A stretch of 34,059 bases of DNA from an uncultured Candidatus Saccharibacteria bacterium (lineage in GTDB: Bacteria; Patescibacteriota; Minisyncoccia; Phycocordibacterales; EsbW-18), in contig CAZVYH010000005.1 of assembly GCA_964631485.1 (NCBI GenBank), forward strand, positions 14,610 to 48,668, in the 5' to 3' direction. Positions 32,059 to 34,059 of this stretch are shown piece after piece (position 1 is the first letter of the stretch; each line of letters starts with the position of its first letter). The notes beneath the pieces were generated by a model. That model made no database searches. It saw only the letters and a list, made by a program, of their open reading frames with translations, and was not told the DNA's origin. A program made the position numbers and the translations under genes.

Positions 32059-32730
32059 ATGCCGACAGTACAGATACAAAAACGAGACGGGGGAAAACCG
32101 GATACACTCCGAGCTGCGGGGCGTATTCCCGGTGTTTTATATGGTCCCAAGGAGGCGTCCCAGGCTGTTTCCGTTGATCAGAAAGTATTTGAAAAGCTTT
32201 GGAAGGAGGCGGGCGAATCAACCGTCATTACTCTTGAGGGGGTAGGAGAACCGAAAGACGCCCTTATCCACGAAGTTGATTTTGATCCGGTGACGGACGT
32301 CGCGCGTCATGTTGACTTTTATGTTATTGAAAAAGGAAAGAAGGTGGAAACAGAAGTTCCGCTCGTATTTGTCGGCGAGGCGCCTGCAGTTAAGAGTCTC
32401 GGAGGAACACTGATGAAAATTATGCTTGAAGTGAAAGTAGAGGCATTTCCAAAAGATTTGCCGCATGAGATACTAGTAGATGTATCGACACTTGAAACCT
32501 TTGAGAGTCGTATCGCCATTAAAGATATACCAGTACCCGCGGGTGTGACTATTTTGGAAGATTTGGAAGAAACGATTGTTTCCGTGTCACAGCCGAAAGA
32601 AGAAGAGGAAGCGCCGGTTGCCGAAATAGACATGGAGTCTATTGAGGTTGAAAAGAAGGGTAAGAAAGAGGAAGAGGGAGAGGCCACGGACGAAGGTGCG
32701 GAAAAGACAGAGAAGCCCGAAAAAGCCTAG
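32059..32730 (+). CDS. rplY: Ribosomal protein bL25, long Ctc form
   Basis: RAAGRIPGVLYG, HEVDFDPVTD...HVDF, and an acidic Glu/Lys-rich C-terminal tail. Confidence 0.9.
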   Translation: MPTVQIQKRDGGKPDTLRAAGRIPGVLYGPKEASQAVSVDQKVFEKLWKEAGESTVITLEGVGEPKDALIHEVDFDPVTDVARHVDFYVIEKGKKVETEVPLVFVGEAPAVKSLGGTLMKIMLEVKVEAFPKDLPHEILVDVSTLETFESRIAIKDIPVPAGVTILEDLEETIVSVSQPKEEEEAPVAEIDMESIEVEKKGKKEEEGEATDEGAEKTEKPEKA

Positions 32731-32767
32731 GCGTAGTCCACTTATCGACGGGTGTCTGGCGAACTAT

Positions 32768-34059
32768 ATGCGCCATTCACGTTTCGTATCCATTTTGCTC
32801 ATAAGCGTTCTTTTTGTGGGATTCTGTTCCACGGTTTTTGCTCAAACCTCGGAAGATGCCGTGGAAGAACGGCAGCGCGAGCTTGAAGCCGAACTTAAAA
32901 AGGTGGAGAAAGAAATACAGCTCCAACAGGTTTTTCTTGATGAAAAACGCAACGAACGCGTGTCACTTGAACGGGACGTGTCGTTGTTGAACGGTGAGAT
33001 AAAAAAATCACAGCTCGGCATTCAGGCGCGCACCTACACCATTACAAAAATCGGAGGTGAAATCGGCGACAAACTGGAAACCATAGAAGAACTTACCGCG
33101 CGCATGGCGCGCGAGAAGGAGTCGCTCGCACAACTTATCCGCGAAACCGACCGGCTCGACAACTACTCGATTGTGGAGATTGCGCTCGCGAAAGAAAATA
33201 TTTCTGAATTTTTTGAAGACCTGGACTCATTTGACTCCATTACCGTCGCGCTCAAAGGGTCATTTCGGGAGATTGAAGAGACGAAAGAGGAAACACACCG
33301 GGAAACGCTAACTCTTGAAGAGCGTCGTGCAGAGGAGCTTGAGTTGAAAAAACTTCAGGAGCTTGAAAAAAGAAAAATTGAAATCCAGGAGGCGCAGAAA
33401 AAAGAGGTGCTCAATGTAACAAAAGGCCAGGAGAATATATACCAGTCAATTATTGCCCAGAAACAACAGACAGCCGCACAAATTCGCGCCGAGCTCTTCA
33501 AACTGCGCGGCTCAACGGCGATTTCTCTCGGTGAGGCGATTGATTTTGCACAAAGTGTAGAGCGGGTAACCGGTGTGCGCGCGGCACTGATTCTCGGGAC
33601 ACTCCAAGAAGAGACGCGTCTGGGAGAAAATCTCGGAACGGGAAACTGGCAAACGGATTCTCACCCGGAACGTGATAAATGGATTTTTGCGGCGCTCATG
33701 AAGGATCTCGGCCTTAACCCTGACAGTATGCCGGTTTCGGCAAAGCCGTGGTACGGCTGGGGAGGCGCGATGGGCCCGGCTCAGTTTATTCCGTCAACAT
33801 GGGTGCAATACGCGGGGTACGCGTGCGACAAGGTGGCGCAAACGTGCGTATACGATAAAAGTAAAGATCGTATCGGCGCGGTGTCGGGGAATTACCCGCC
33901 GAACCCGTACAATCCGGTAGACGCATTTACTGCCGCTGGCATTCTTTTGGGGGACAATGGTGCGACTGCGGGGACACGTGCCGCGGAACGACTTGCGTCG
34001 CTGCGCTACTTTGCCGGATGGGGAAATGCATCAAAACCCTCATATGCTTTTTATGGAGA
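32768..34059 (+). CDS. Coiled-coil protein with a C-terminal MltB/SLT_2-like lytic transglycosylase domain (3'-truncated by the window end)
   Basis: This ORF is not in the supplied track. I translated it codon by codon from ATG 32768 to the window end and found no stop (430 codons). It has a signal/TM segment FVSILLISVLFVGFCSTVFA, about 200 aa of heptad-rich Glu/Lys/Leu sequence, then LQEETRLGENLGTGNW...WGGAMGPAQFIPSTW (compare MltB E-S-x-x-G and GAMG-xQF-P). Confidence 0.75.
   Translation, partial: MRHSRFVSILLISVLFVGFCSTVFAQTSEDAVEERQRELEAELKKVEKEIQLQQVFLDEKRNERVSLERDVSLLNGEIKKSQLGIQARTYTITKIGGEIGDKLETIEELTARMAREKESLAQLIRETDRLDNYSIVEIALAKENISEFFEDLDSFDSITVALKGSFREIEETKEETHRETLTLEERRAEELELKKLQELEKRKIEIQEAQKKEVLNVTKGQENIYQSIIAQKQQTAAQIRAELFKLRGSTAISLGEAIDFAQSVERVTGVRAALILGTLQEETRLGENLGTGNWQTDSHPERDKWIFAALMKDLGLNPDSMPVSAKPWYGWGGAMGPAQFIPSTWVQYAGYACDKVAQTCVYDKSKDRIGAVSGNYPPNPYNPVDAFTAAGILLGDNGATAGTRAAERLASLRYFAGWGNASKPSYAFYG

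Noticed and set aside
1-34059. Search for tRNA, rRNA, tmRNA, RNase P RNA, CRISPR arrays, transposases, integrases, and classic defence genes (restriction enzymes, Cas, abortive-infection ATPases/nucleases, reverse transcriptases, toxin-antitoxin pairs)
   Set aside because: I saw no T-loop GGTTCGAAT-type tRNA signatures outside coding sequence. The one gggttcgaaa string (about 20595-20604) is inside the MYG1 gene with no cloverleaf. There are no spaced direct repeats and no proteins with nuclease, recombinase or NTPase-defence motifs. A visual scan cannot exclude very divergent elements.
1-34059. Alternative genetic code (UGA recoding, as in some CPR lineages)
   Set aside because: Several well-supported genes end at TGA exactly where family length predicts (GT4 at 1089, rpiB at 25569, the 91-codon gene). 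Conserved genes have no in-frame TGA, so the standard code fits.

Overview
This 34-kb window is almost fully coding. I found no rRNA, tRNA, CRISPR array, transposase or integrase, and TGA is used as a stop, so the standard genetic code applies. Several traits suggest a small-genome uncultivated bacterium (Patescibacteria/CPR-like; this is inference): split transketolase, a MYG1 homologue, an O-antigen-ligase-like protein with TPR repeats, many small membrane proteins and almost no Shine-Dalgarno motifs.

Bases 1-14022 are an AT-rich glycan-assembly locus. It holds 5 glycosyltransferases (3 GT4-type, 1 GT2, 1 exostosin-like), 7 SAM-dependent methyltransferases (2 of them FkbM-family), a Wzx-like flippase and a Wzy_C/O-antigen-ligase-like TPR fusion protein. 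No priming transferase or nucleotide-sugar genes are in the window.

Bases 14.8-34 kb are housekeeping genes: murB, secA, DedA-like, DUF360, MYG1, obg, gatB, gap, rpiB, a divergent rpe-like gene, split tkt, DUF1653, a PfkB kinase, fba and L25. A 3'-truncated coiled-coil lytic transglycosylase at 32768-34059 is missing from the supplied ORF track.

Most notable observations:
1. The methyltransferase-dense glycan locus.
2. Two G+C-rich minus-strand genes (23235-23510 and 28776-29969), the only ones here with a canonical AAAGGAG-N7-ATG ribosome-binding site, inserted among plus-strand core genes.
3. A recurring extended -10 box 6-9 nt upstream of start codons, implying leaderless mRNAs.
4. A stand-alone 30-codon Lys/Ala-rich micro-gene with its own promoter, operator-like repeats and terminator.
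5. An orphan consensus promoter followed by a ~70-nt hairpin and terminator unit (candidate sRNA).
6. An Rpe-like protein lacking both metal-binding histidines.

All family assignments come from motif recognition by eye and need HMM or BLAST confirmation.
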